Source: a virus (Duplodnaviria; Caudoviricetes). Taken from it: a DNA stretch of 29,418 nucleotides. A model generated the notes under the pieces. The model made no database searches and had not been told where the DNA came from. It was given only the letters and a program-made list of their open reading frames with translations. Made by a program: the position numbers and the translations under genes. This document shows positions 1 through 10,100 of the stretch, piece by piece. Location of the stretch: the IMG/VR virus record IMGVR_UViG_3300005739_000008, positions 1 to 29,418 of that record; one strand, given 5' to 3'. Numbering within the stretch: the stretch's first letter is position 1; every line of letters begins with the position of its first letter.

Positions 1-96
1 GGCAGCGCCATCGCCATCCCGGCCGGCGTAACCATCGACGGCTATTTCACGGCCATCAAGCTGCACGCCGGATCGGTCATCGCTTACAAGAAGTAA
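1..96 (+). CDS. 3' end of a small virion-associated protein (partial)
   Basis: Open frame from base 1: GSAIAIPAGVTIDGYFTAIKLHAGSVIAYKK*, ending TAA at 94-96; codon usage matches neighbouring genes. Confidence 0.7.
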   Translation, partial: GSAIAIPAGVTIDGYFTAIKLHAGSVIAYKK

Positions 97-102
97 CTCA
101 AC

Positions 103-303
103 ATGAGCGCGGAGCAGCATCTAGGAACGGTTGAGAAAGGGCTGATCGGGACGTTTGCGACTAGCACTTCGGTAGCCGTGTCCATTGTTGCCCAGATCGA
201 AGTCTACCTGCGCATCGCCGGCCTTCTGGTCGGTCTTGCCATCGGTGTCGTCACATTACTTTCGGTCCTTCGGGACTATAGGAGAAAAGGAGAAAAACCA
301 TGA
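103..303 (+). CDS. small membrane protein, putative holin/antiholin
   Basis: 66 aa, two hydrophobic segments, basic C-terminus (DYRRKGEKP), upstream of the endolysin. Confidence 0.65.
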   Translation: MSAEQHLGTVEKGLIGTFATSTSVAVSIVAQIEVYLRIAGLLVGLAIGVVTLLSVLRDYRRKGEKP

Positions 304-479
304 AACGAAGCAACTGGAAAACTACAACCCTCGGACTGCTCACCGCAGCCATCGCCATCGCCACCGGAGCCAAGGAATATCTGGCCACCGGAAACCTGCC
401 TGACATCGGCATGCTCGCCGCTTCGCTTGCCGCAGCGTGGGGCTTGGTCGTTGCCAAGGACGCCGATAGCCGCATCTGA
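300..479 (+). CDS. putative holin (59 aa, absent from ORF track)
   Basis: ATGA overlap with previous gene; MKRSNWKTTTLGLLTAAIAIATG...MLAASLAAAWGLVVAKDADSRI*; two TM segments and the NWKTT...AKD pattern of small phage holins. Confidence 0.7.
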   Translation: MKRSNWKTTTLGLLTAAIAIATGAKEYLATGNLPDIGMLAASLAAAWGLVVAKDADSRI

Positions 480-486
480 AAGAACC

Positions 487-723
487 ATGCGCCGCGCCCC
501 GAAGTTCATTGCCACTGCGATCCTTGCGTTAGCTTGGGCTGCTCTTGTGGTTGGGTGCGTTAGCGTTCCGATCCCACCGTCCGACATGGGCAACATGCGC
601 GCCGGTCAGCTCGGCAACATCGAGGCCCGCGTCGTGGTGGCCTACAAGCCGAACTGGCAGGGGCTCAGTCAGGCAGCGGTAGATCGCCTCTTCAAACAAA
701 AGGCTGACGGTTACGCGAAGTGA
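487..723 (+). CDS. lipoprotein, possible spanin
   Basis: Basic N-terminus, hydrophobic stretch and lipobox (VVGC); located in the lysis cassette. Confidence 0.6.
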   Translation: MRRAPKFIATAILALAWAALVVGCVSVPIPPSDMGNMRAGQLGNIEARVVVAYKPNWQGLSQAAVDRLFKQKADGYAK

Positions 724-1307
724 TGTGGAACTGGATAAAGAGACTATTTGGCAAGCAGTCAGACGCTATCCCAGCGCATGCCTTGCCGAGCTCTGCCTCC
801 GCATCCACTCAGAGTTACATCGTCGCGCCGCCGCAGAAGACCTACACCGAGACGCGCGGCTTCACGCCGAACAAGCAGCCGAACAAGATCAAGCCGGAGG
901 CGATTGTCCTGCATCACAGCGACGGAAGCTACCTTGGTGGTGTCGAGTGGATCGCCAACCCGGTGTCTAAAGTGAGCTACCACGTCCTCATCGCCCGCGA
1001 TGGACGCAGGACAGTATTCTGTAACGACACTGACCGGGCGTGGCATGCAGGTGTCAGCTCTTGGCAGGGCCGCAAGGATCTCAATAGCTGGAGCCTCGGC
1101 GTGAGTTGGGAAGGCAACACCTACGACCGTCCTCTGGAAGACGCAGCGATGGACAGCGCCATCGAGTATCTGGCGCCTCGGATGAAGAAGTGGGGCATCC
1201 CGCTGAACATGGTGGTCACTCACCAGCAAATTTCACCAAACCGCAAAACAGACATCTCGGCGGCTGATGCCGCGAGATTCAAAAGCCGCCTCAAAGCCGC
1301 ACTATAA
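720..1307 (+). CDS. endolysin, N-acetylmuramoyl-L-alanine amidase (Amidase_2)
   Basis: IVLHHS, SYHVLI, RAWHAG, VTHQQISPNRKTD zinc-amidase motifs; start at 720 (GTG) or 723 (ATG). Confidence 0.92.
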   Translation: MMWNWIKRLFGKQSDAIPAHALPSSASASTQSYIVAPPQKTYTETRGFTPNKQPNKIKPEAIVLHHSDGSYLGGVEWIANPVSKVSYHVLIARDGRRTVFCNDTDRAWHAGVSSWQGRKDLNSWSLGVSWEGNTYDRPLEDAAMDSAIEYLAPRMKKWGIPLNMVVTHQQISPNRKTDISAADAARFKSRLKAAL

Positions 1308-1310
1308 ATT

Positions 1311-2087
1311 ATGCCAGCAAAAACCATCAGCCAACTTACGCAAGCGACCACGATCAACGGCACCGACGACTTTGCCATTGAGCAGTCCGGCGTGACCAAG
1401 CGCATTGCCGCCTCCGTCGTGCGCGGCGACATCGCAAATGCCAACATCAGCGCCTCGGCGGCGATTGCTCACAGCAAACTAGCAGCCCTCAACAGCGCGC
1501 AGATCCTTGTCGGCAACGGCAGCAATGTGCCCACGGCTGTTGACGTGACCGGCGATGTGACGATTAGCAATGCGGGGGTGACGGCGATTGGTAGCGCAAA
1601 GGTGCTTCCAGCGATGTTGTCGCAGCCCTATACGCTGGCGACAGCGGTTGCGTCTACGAGCGGAACGGCGATTGATTTTACTGGGATTCCGTCTTGGGTG
1701 AGGCGGATTACGGTGATGTTTAACGGGGTTAGCACTAATGGGACAAGTGGAAAGCTAATCCAGATCGGCGCCGGTTCTTTTGTAACGTCTGGTTATGACA
1801 GCCAAAGCGTTGCGTTTGGAACAACAACAGCCACGCAGTCTGCAACCTCTGGATTTTCAGTCTACGGGACAACGGCGAGCGAAGCACTAATAGGTCACGC
1901 CACGTTGACGCTTGTATCTGGCAATTCATGGGTCATGTCGGCGGTTGGGAAGCTGGGAAGCGGATACACTTTTGCAAGTGGAGGATCTTTGACGCTTTCC
2001 GGGGCCCTCGACCGCATCCGCGTCACCACCGTCAACGGCACCGACACCTTCGACGCCGGAACGATCAACATCGCCTACGAAGGCTAA
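1311..2087 (+). CDS. tail fibre / virion appendage protein
   Basis: T/S/G/A-rich beta-type sequence; KTISQL N-terminus; NANISASAAIAHSKL and VTGDVTISNAGVTAI fibre repeats. Confidence 0.7.
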   Translation: MPAKTISQLTQATTINGTDDFAIEQSGVTKRIAASVVRGDIANANISASAAIAHSKLAALNSAQILVGNGSNVPTAVDVTGDVTISNAGVTAIGSAKVLPAMLSQPYTLATAVASTSGTAIDFTGIPSWVRRITVMFNGVSTNGTSGKLIQIGAGSFVTSGYDSQSVAFGTTTATQSATSGFSVYGTTASEALIGHATLTLVSGNSWVMSAVGKLGSGYTFASGGSLTLSGALDRIRVTTVNGTDTFDAGTINIAYEG

Positions 2088-2090
2088 CCC

Positions 2091-4103
2091 ATGGCCCTCT
2101 CCGACCAAGTCATCCGCGACGGCGATCAAGGGTTCATCGGCTTTGCAAGTCGGTTGAATCCCTTGACGCTGCCTGCTGGTGTCTTGCAGCTCTCGGAGAA
2201 CATGCGTCTGGATCGCGGTGTGGCGCAGGTCCGCAAGGGCGCCAAGCGTATGGCCGAGAATATCAGCATCGCGGCGACTCCGCTGACGGTGCCGTTTGTT
2301 CTTACTGCTTCGCCCAACGAGCCGATCATCCGCTCGGTCTACACCGGCGGCGTCTTTGCAAGCTGCGTCTACCGATCGCCAGACTCGGTGAACAGTAATG
2401 AGATTGTCGTTCTAGCCGGCAGCGATGCCGCCTACACGCAGCTCCTCGATGACAGCGAGAATGTCGCCGGGGTGTGGTCGGCCGGGACATGGGTGACGAA
2501 TACCGGCGACGAGATCGTGACCAACGATGGTTTTAACATCACCTTCAGCGCATTGTCCGCTCGCATCTCCTACCCTTCGTCGCCCGACGAGATCGTGGAG
2601 CCGAGCGACAAGGTTCACATGGTGCAGGCTGTCAATCGGCTCTACCTGCTGCGCCTCGCCGATAATAGTCGCCAAGAATATGCCAGCCGCGTCCTGACCT
2701 CTGGCGGCATCTCGGTGAGCACTACCACGGCAACGGTGAACCTCACCGGACACGGCTATCCGGTCGGCGCCCGCATTCGTCTGGAGGGCAGCACGGTCCC
2801 GGCCTTTGACGGTCACGAATACGACATCCAGACGGTCGCCACCGACAGCTTCACCATCACGGTCCCAAGCGGCACGGCCAGCGACAGCACGATCAGCGGA
2901 CGGACAGCCCGCCGAGTGAAGGCGCCCTTATACTGGGATGGCTCCAGCACCACGTTTGTCCGCAGTCCCGGTGGTGTTCCGGCTGAAGGTGTGACCTATC
3001 GCCGCATGCCGAGTGTTGCTTGGGCAAGCTATATCAACAACAGGATGATTCTGCCGGACGGCCGCGATCAGGTCATGCTGTCGGACATCCTAGATCCGAA
3101 CCTTTACGATCCGTTCTGGCAGTCTTTCCGCGCCAACTCTGGCGGTAACGATGAAGTGGTCGCAGTTCACGCTTGGGTCGAAAACTCGGCGCTGGTCTTT
3201 TGCCGCAAAAGCATCTGGCTGGCGGAAATCAGCCAGACATCGGCCATTGATGGATCTGATTCGGACATCAATACGGCGGTCAGCAACCTCTCGCTACTCA
3301 CCGATGAAGTCGGCTGCTCTGCGCGGCGTACCATCCAGACGGCCGGGCAATACGTCTATTTCCTCTCCGATGCCGGTGTCTACCGCTTGGACGCCCGCCT
3401 CGACCTCAAGCTGCGCGGCGACACCCGCCCGCTTTCCGACAGCATAGCTGACAAGCTGCAAGAGCTAAACGCTTCGCAGGTCTACAACTCGGTCGGCCTT
3501 TGGTATAACAATCGCTATTATCTCGCCTGCCCGCTTGCCGGTTCGGAGAACAACAACGGCGTCTTCATTTACAACGCGATCAACGGCGACAACGGCATGT
3601 GGGAGACCCGCGACATTTACGGCTTTGGCGTGGATAACTTTCTGGTGGCAACGCACGGCAGCGAGCGCCGCCTCTTTGTGACTAACCAAGCCGGCAAGCT
3701 GTTCATGCTAGATGAGCTGGAGTCAGGCGACGATGCGCCGGACAGCACAGTGACCGGCTATGTCGGCACCATCCCGGGCAAGATCGTCACGCGCCGCCTC
3801 AACTTTGGTGAGATGTCGAGCAAGCGGTTCCTGCGCTCTGTTGCTGACGTGATTATTCCCAACGGAGGCGGCATGACGACTCAAGTAAGCGTCTACGATC
3901 CAGACAAGACCGAGCAGATCGGCAGCATCACCAACAGCAGCGGAGTCACCGAAGACTATCACCTCAAGTCACCGATCCGCTTTAAGGCACACAGCGCCGA
4001 ACTCACTTTCACCACAACCGGCCAGCGCCCGCAGATCCGCAGCGCGGCCATCGAGGCATCGCCCAAGAGCCTGCCCGCAACTTTAACACGCAACGAAAGC
4101 TAG
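2091..4103 (+). CDS. tail tubular/nozzle (DNA stabilization, P22 gp10/T7 gp12-like) protein
   Basis: 670 aa, beta-rich; GFIGFASRL..P..L start, VGCSARRTIQ..G.YVYFLSDAGVY motif, position before ejection proteins; internal GHG..VG..I.L domain insertion. Confidence 0.7.
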   Translation: MALSDQVIRDGDQGFIGFASRLNPLTLPAGVLQLSENMRLDRGVAQVRKGAKRMAENISIAATPLTVPFVLTASPNEPIIRSVYTGGVFASCVYRSPDSVNSNEIVVLAGSDAAYTQLLDDSENVAGVWSAGTWVTNTGDEIVTNDGFNITFSALSARISYPSSPDEIVEPSDKVHMVQAVNRLYLLRLADNSRQEYASRVLTSGGISVSTTTATVNLTGHGYPVGARIRLEGSTVPAFDGHEYDIQTVATDSFTITVPSGTASDSTISGRTARRVKAPLYWDGSSTTFVRSPGGVPAEGVTYRRMPSVAWASYINNRMILPDGRDQVMLSDILDPNLYDPFWQSFRANSGGNDEVVAVHAWVENSALVFCRKSIWLAEISQTSAIDGSDSDINTAVSNLSLLTDEVGCSARRTIQTAGQYVYFLSDAGVYRLDARLDLKLRGDTRPLSDSIADKLQELNASQVYNSVGLWYNNRYYLACPLAGSENNNGVFIYNAINGDNGMWETRDIYGFGVDNFLVATHGSERRLFVTNQAGKLFMLDELESGDDAPDSTVTGYVGTIPGKIVTRRLNFGEMSSKRFLRSVADVIIPNGGGMTTQVSVYDPDKTEQIGSITNSSGVTEDYHLKSPIRFKAHSAELTFTTTGQRPQIRSAAIEASPKSLPATLTRNES

Positions 4104-4112
4104 GAGATAATT

Positions 4113-4820
4113 ATGGCAACAGTAACTAAAGGCAGAACATTTGTCAGTGGAGAGACCGTCACGCCGGCCAAGCTCAATGATCTTGTGGATCAGGCAACGG
4201 TGACGGCTATCCAGACGGCAGATATCAGCGACTCTCAGGTCACTACGGCGAAGATTGCCGATGCCAATGTGACGGCGGCCAAACTGGCAAGCAGCGCTGT
4301 CGAGACAGCCAAAATAAACAACGGCGCCGTTACCGGCCCGAAACTTGCAGACGGCATGGTTGTGCAGGTTGTGCAGGCAACGACAACTACCGTTACAACA
4401 ATCAGCAGCGCAACGGCGTCTCACGAAATTCCGGCGGACAACACCAAACCACAAAACACAGAAGGTGTAGAAATTTTGACGCAAGCAATAACGCCGGCGA
4501 GCAACACAAACAAAGTTCTCGTTAGGGCGGTCGTGCCGTTTGCCTTAGAAGGTTCAAACACTCCGGTTATCGCGCTTTTTAGGGGCGCCGGTGCTACCGC
4601 AATCGCCACAAGTTACATTTCAACCGTTTCAGCATTCAACGGCATGCTTGTCATTGAGTATTTAGACTCTCCGGCAACAGCATCTTCGGTGACTTATCGA
4701 GTCAGGGTTGGGCGCGGGTCGTCCGGCACATTTTACGTCAACGGAGCAAGCGGCGGCGTTGCAAGATTTGATGAAACTCAGTTTGCAACACTGACACTCA
4801 CTGAGATCAAGGCCAGCTAA
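4113..4820 (+). CDS. tail fibre / spike protein
   Basis: GETVTPAKLN N-terminus, VTTAKIAD-type 10-aa repeats, VVQVVQ...TLTEI receptor-binding-type C-terminus. Confidence 0.7.
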   Translation: MATVTKGRTFVSGETVTPAKLNDLVDQATVTAIQTADISDSQVTTAKIADANVTAAKLASSAVETAKINNGAVTGPKLADGMVVQVVQATTTTVTTISSATASHEIPADNTKPQNTEGVEILTQAITPASNTNKVLVRAVVPFALEGSNTPVIALFRGAGATAIATSYISTVSAFNGMLVIEYLDSPATASSVTYRVRVGRGSSGTFYVNGASGGVARFDETQFATLTLTEIKAS

Positions 4821-4838
4821 CAATCGAAAGGCATCACT

Positions 4839-6029
4839 ATGGCAAAGAAAAAGAAATCTTCATCAGCACCGGCACAAGCCGAGCCAATCAACTACGGCGC
4901 GCTCATGGCGTCAGCCAGCGAAGCAGCAGCGGCAGCGGCACGCGCACAGGTGCAGGCGCAGATCGAGGCGTATCCGCAGCTTGAGGCGCTTCAGCTCGGC
5001 ACGATCTCCAAGATCAGCGGCAACCTCGACAACCAATACACGAAGGACGCTCGGGCCGCTCTCGGCCGGTCAATGGAAGACACGGCTGGCGTGCGCGGCA
5101 TCGGCCAGCAGCTTCAGCGACAAGCCGGACCAACGCGCATCGAGCGCGAGCTTCGCCGTCAAGCCATGGACGAGCTGGCGCTTGGTCGCCAACTTTCACC
5201 CGAAGAAATCCGCGATGCGCAGCAGTCGGCCCGCGCCGCTTTCGCCGCTCGCGGCCTTGGCACCAGTATGGGCAGCACGGCCGCCGAGATCCTTAACCGC
5301 GACCAATACGCGCAGGCCCGCGAGTCGGCCCGCCGCAACTTCGCTGCTTCGACCAACCAGATGGTGACAGGCAATGTCTTTAGTCGCATGGGGCAAGCTG
5401 CCACCACTCTCGGCGCCGCCGGTCAGATGGATCAACAGTCGGCAAATCAGCTTCCCGCGATTGATCCGTATGCGAGGGCGCTTGGGCATTCCAACATTGG
5501 CGGGCAGATTGGATCTAACTTAAGCAACGCAATGAGCCAGAATTGGCAGAACGCACAGCAGATGGCCGGGAACGTGGCGTCTTGGAATGCCAATATGCTA
5601 GATAGCCGTTTCAATGCTTACATGAACAACCGCGCCGCGATGAATGCGGCGAGGATGCAGAGCGGCGCGATGAATCGTGCGGGAATGATGGGCATGTTTG
5701 GCGGGATTGGCCAAGGTCTGATGAGCGCAGGTGGCGCTATAGGATCAGCCGCCATGATGGCCCCGGCGATTGCGGCCCTCTCCGACAAGCGCGAGAAGAC
5801 CGAGATTAAACCTCTCGGTAAATCCGGAAGCGTGCTCGGGCTCAAGATGTATAGCTACAAATACAAGGGCGATGACAAAGAGCGCATTGGGATGATGGCG
5901 CAGGACGTGCAGAAGGTTCTGCCGGAAGCCGTCACCGAAGTTGATTACAAGGGCAAGAAACGCTTGGCAATCAAGCCGGCGATCATCGGCGCGGCCCTCG
6001 CCACAGAACTCGCTGCGCAGGCGGCTTAA
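4839..6029 (+). CDS. DNA ejection (internal virion) protein with C-terminal peptidase S74 chaperone domain
   Basis: A/Q/G-rich helical body; SDKREKTEI...YSYKYK...IGMMAQDVQKVLPEAV S74 signature from 5781. Confidence 0.75.
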   Translation: MAKKKKSSSAPAQAEPINYGALMASASEAAAAAARAQVQAQIEAYPQLEALQLGTISKISGNLDNQYTKDARAALGRSMEDTAGVRGIGQQLQRQAGPTRIERELRRQAMDELALGRQLSPEEIRDAQQSARAAFAARGLGTSMGSTAAEILNRDQYAQARESARRNFAASTNQMVTGNVFSRMGQAATTLGAAGQMDQQSANQLPAIDPYARALGHSNIGGQIGSNLSNAMSQNWQNAQQMAGNVASWNANMLDSRFNAYMNNRAAMNAARMQSGAMNRAGMMGMFGGIGQGLMSAGGAIGSAAMMAPAIAALSDKREKTEIKPLGKSGSVLGLKMYSYKYKGDDKERIGMMAQDVQKVLPEAVTEVDYKGKKRLAIKPAIIGAALATELAAQAA

Positions 6030-6043
6030 TCAAGGAGAAAACT

Positions 6044-6481
6044 ATGTTTGCTTACAATCCAACAGTGAATGACATGAGCGGCCAGATTATGGCCCAAGGG
6101 ACAGTCGGCGCGGCGCAGACCAGTGCCGATATGTATAACAAGCTCGGCCAAGACATCGGCGGGGTGATCCAGCAATTTGCCGGCATGTATGCCAACAACA
6201 AGGCGATGGATGCCAAGGCTTCGGCTTACAAGGACTTCCTGGGCAAGCACGGAAGCCAGCTCGGATTCGACCCGGAATGGATCAAAGGATTCATGAAGGC
6301 GCCGCGGGATCAGCAGCTCGCCGCGGGCGATATGTTGACCGGACAATTCGGACAGCAGATCGGCCGCATGGAATACCTCAACCGCCAGGCGGAGCTATAT
6401 CCGCGGCGCGGCGGGGGTGGAGGTGGCGCCGGTGGCGCTGGCGGCGGTGATTACGTGGTGGGCGGCGGATGGGGAGAGTAA
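6044..6481 (+). CDS. putative internal virion/ejection protein
   Basis: 145 aa, AGGAG RBS upstream, G/A/Q-rich with a Gly tail, in the ejection-protein block. Confidence 0.6.
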   Translation: MFAYNPTVNDMSGQIMAQGTVGAAQTSADMYNKLGQDIGGVIQQFAGMYANNKAMDAKASAYKDFLGKHGSQLGFDPEWIKGFMKAPRDQQLAAGDMLTGQFGQQIGRMEYLNRQAELYPRRGGGGGGAGGAGGGDYVVGGGWGE

Positions 6482-6484
6482 GCC

Positions 6485-7171
6485 ATGGACTTCGACTCTT
6501 ACTTGCAAAGCAAGGGCTACGCCCCGGGCACGCGGATTCCCGCGGCCGCGGCACGGCAGCTGCATGCGCAGTTCCTCAAGGATAGCTCGGGATCGGAATT
6601 CCAACCGAAGACCGGCACGGCAACCAATGCCGCGACCGGTGACGTGGTGCGCTATTTCACCTCGTCGGCCAACTCGGCCCAGGTGTTGCCGGAGGAGCGC
6701 TTCAAAGAAGGACCAATCGACAAGGATGGGACGCAGTTGGTCTTTGATCCGTCCAAAGGAAAGTATTTTCCGGCGACCAATGCGGCGACCGGCGCGGTGG
6801 TAAAGCCGAAGGTGAAGTCGTCGGGGTTTGCTGTCACGCCGGACGGTAAAATTATTCCTGCCGGGATGATGGAGCCCGAAGCAACACCGGCCCCGACACC
6901 GGACCCGGCGATGACGAATTCGATGGCGTTCCAGGGCGTGCCGGCGCGTGCGGCTTACGAGACGAATATGCCGACGGGTGTGGCGGCGCCGCAGATGTCC
7001 GGCGCGATGGGCGGAGGTGGCGGAATCACGATGACGCCGGCGCCGGCCGCGGCGGCACCAACAAATGCCACGGCCCCGGCGCTGAGCTCGCCGGAGGAAA
7101 TCCGGGCGGCGTATCAGCGCAAGCAGATCAGCAAGGATGAAGCGATAAGGCTATTGCGCGGCGGTTCATAA
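6485..7171 (+). CDS. putative internal virion protein (P/A-rich)
   Basis: 228 aa, tightly packed with neighbours; C-terminal EEIRAAYQRKQISKDEAIRLL helix. Confidence 0.6.
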   Translation: MDFDSYLQSKGYAPGTRIPAAAARQLHAQFLKDSSGSEFQPKTGTATNAATGDVVRYFTSSANSAQVLPEERFKEGPIDKDGTQLVFDPSKGKYFPATNAATGAVVKPKVKSSGFAVTPDGKIIPAGMMEPEATPAPTPDPAMTNSMAFQGVPARAAYETNMPTGVAAPQMSGAMGGGGGITMTPAPAAAAPTNATAPALSSPEEIRAAYQRKQISKDEAIRLLRGGS

Positions 7172-7178
7172 TCGGACG

Positions 7179-10100
7179 ATGTCGGCTGTCGCAAAACGAT
7201 TCCGCACGGACGAGGAGGCGCTGGCCTTTTTGGACGGGCAGGATGATTACCTGCAAGAGCAGGACCGGCTGATCGCGCAAGGTGCGGACCCGCTCGCCCT
7301 GTCGCCGGAGGACCGTGCCATTGCCGATCGGCCGATCGAGCCGTTACCGGAACTCATGCTGGACCCGCTGGCGGCCAATGATCGCATCATGCCGGGGTTG
7401 TATTCGCCGGAAGAAGAGGCACTCATCGCGGCCGAGCGCAATGCTCCCTACCAAGAACCGGCGTTGCCGAGCGACTTGGAAGAGAATCTTCCGCCGGTGC
7501 AGACGCAAGTGGCGCGGCCGGTGGAGGCGACCTTCAGAACGGACGACGATGCCGCGGCATTCCTCGATGCGCCCGCGGAGGCCCTGGCGCCGGAGGATAA
7601 GGCGGCGACCGCTCCGGTGAAATTTGAGACGGATAAGGCGGCGGCGGATTTTCTTGAGACCTTACCGGCGGCGCCGGGACCGGCGGGCTCGTCGCAGTTG
7701 GCTTACGACACAACGGTTCGACCGGAGAATGTGGAGGGGCCGATTCCGTTCGGGGAGAAGGATCGTCCGTATCGGACGCGCTCGGATGGCACGCTGGAAT
7801 TCGACCCGCGGCGGATGCGTGACGGCGTGACGCAAGCGCTCAAGGACCAGGTGATCACGGGCGAGCAATTCGCCAAGCTCCAGCCGTCGATCGAGGCGGC
7901 GCAAAAGGTGATCGAGAATGAGGCGAAGCTGCGCGCCCGGGCCAAGGACAACGGCGCCCTGGCGTCGGCCTTGCAGGGATTCGGTCGGGGCGGAGCGATG
8001 ACGCTCGGAGCGATCGGCGGATCGAAAGCTGGCGCCGCGGCCGGGCTCTTGACCGGACCTTACGCTCCGGTGGCCTCGCCGGTGCTCGGCTTGGTCGGCG
8101 GCGTGGCCGGGGCGGTGACGATGGGGATGAACTACGACCTCGTCTACAAGGAGCTGGCCAAGCACTACGAGGAATACGATGCGGTGCTGGCCGCGGCGGA
8201 GCTGAACCCCGGATGGAACACGGCGGGCGAGCTGGTCTCGGTGGCGGTGGGTGTGCCGCAAGCGGTGCGCGGAGCGGCGACGGCGCTGGCGACAACGCGG
8301 GCGGCGGAAGGTGCGGCCGGGGTGGCGCGTCAGGTGGGCACGGCGGCCGGCCTGGGCGCTGGCTCGGGCGTGGCAGGGTATTCTTTGGACCGCACGGTGC
8401 GGGGCGAACCGATCACGCCGGGCGGCCTGGCAACGGCGGCCGCGGCGGGCGCGGCGTTTGCGCCTTTCATGATCACGCCAGGCGCGGCCGGGACGCAGGA
8501 GATGGCGAACATCACGGCCAAGGTGCGGGCGGGACAACCGATCTCGCCGATGGAGCGGAGGATTTACGAGGCGGCGGCGCCGGCGATGCGGGCGGCGTTT
8601 GCCGAGATGGATGCGGCGGGCGGACGATACACCGGCGGCCGCTACGATGCGTCGGGCAAATGGATGCCGGGCATGGAGGTGACAGTGCCGACGTCGTCGG
8701 TGCTCGGCCTGGCGCCGGCGGCGGGCAAGGCGACGGTGCGGCTGCCTTACGAAGTGCCGGCACGCCTGGGTGCTCCGGCGGTGGCGAAGGCGCAGGGGTT
8801 TGCGGCAAGGCCGACCCTGGCTGCGGGGGCCGAAGGCGCGGGGACGACTGCTCCAGTGCGGGCGCCGCGGCCGACCGAGGCGCCGGTGAATGTGCTGCCG
8901 CCGGGACCGACGATCGTGACGCCGACGCAAGCGATGCTCGGCGTGGAGGAATTCCTGGCGCGGCAGGTGGGCGTGCGAGGCATCCAGACGAAGGGCAACT
9001 TCGAGGCGATCCTCGAGCTGATGGACGAGCACAAGCAGATCGTGACCGACGCGATCGGCCGCAACGAACCGGTCTCGATCGACGCGCTGGACAGCTACGA
9101 GATCCGCGTGCCGTATTACGACCGCGACGAGGAGACCGGGCTGGCGACTTACAGCGAGGAGGGCTTCAAGGCTTACGAGGCTTATTTGAAGGGGCAGGAT
9201 GCCGAGGGCGCGGAGAATGTGCGGACCGGCGGCATCGACATCTTCGAGGCGATCCGCGACAGCGGCGGGCTGCCGTCGGGCAAGAGCGACAAGGTGAAGC
9301 AATGGGCCGGTGAGCTGAAGCGTATCCGCGAGGCGCAGAATCCGGGCAATGCGCTCGGGGTGAAGGGCACGCTGAATCTCTTCCGCAAGGACGCGCCGGA
9401 TCTCGATGGGCTGATCAAGAACCTGCAAGGCTACGGCTTCCAGGTGACGACGCCGGCGGAGTTGTTCGATCTGATCGACCAACGCTTCAAGACGGGCAAA
9501 CCGATCTATGCCTACGGCGCGGAGGAACCGCTCGAGATGCGGGGACGGCGCCGGCCGCCGGCGCCCGGGGCGCCGCGCCAGGGCGAGCTACTCGGTGAGT
9601 CGGATGTGGAATTTTCATTGGTCGGTCAGACAGACCGGACGAGCTTGACGCCGCAAGAATTGCAACAACGCGCCATCGAAGCCGAACGCAAGGCGGCCGC
9701 GGACAAGTTGCAGGACGATTTGTTTGGGGCGCCGCCGGTGGCGTCGCAACCGCCCGTGCCACAAGCGGACCTGGCTGCTCCGAGCGCATCACCTTCGTCA
9801 AGCGTCGACCCGCGGAACTTTGCCCCGAATGACGTGCTCGAGGTAACTCTGAAAGACGGCACGGTGTTTCAGGGCTCGCTGAGAGACGCGCAAGGCAATC
9901 TGTATATTGAAGAAAGCGGGCGACCGCGGATTATATTTTTGGACCCTGCACAAGCCGCGTCAGTGCAATCCATGAAAGTCATCACGCCGGCTGCTGATGT
10001 GATGGCCGCCAGAGCACGCAAGAATTTTGGAGAGATTGCTTACACACAACCAAGGACCCGAGATGAATACGAGGCCACGCTCTACGACCTAGCGCGCCAA

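Noticed and set aside
1311-4820. Diversity-generating retroelement acting on tail fibres
   Set aside because: No reverse transcriptase and no template/variable repeat pair seen in the window
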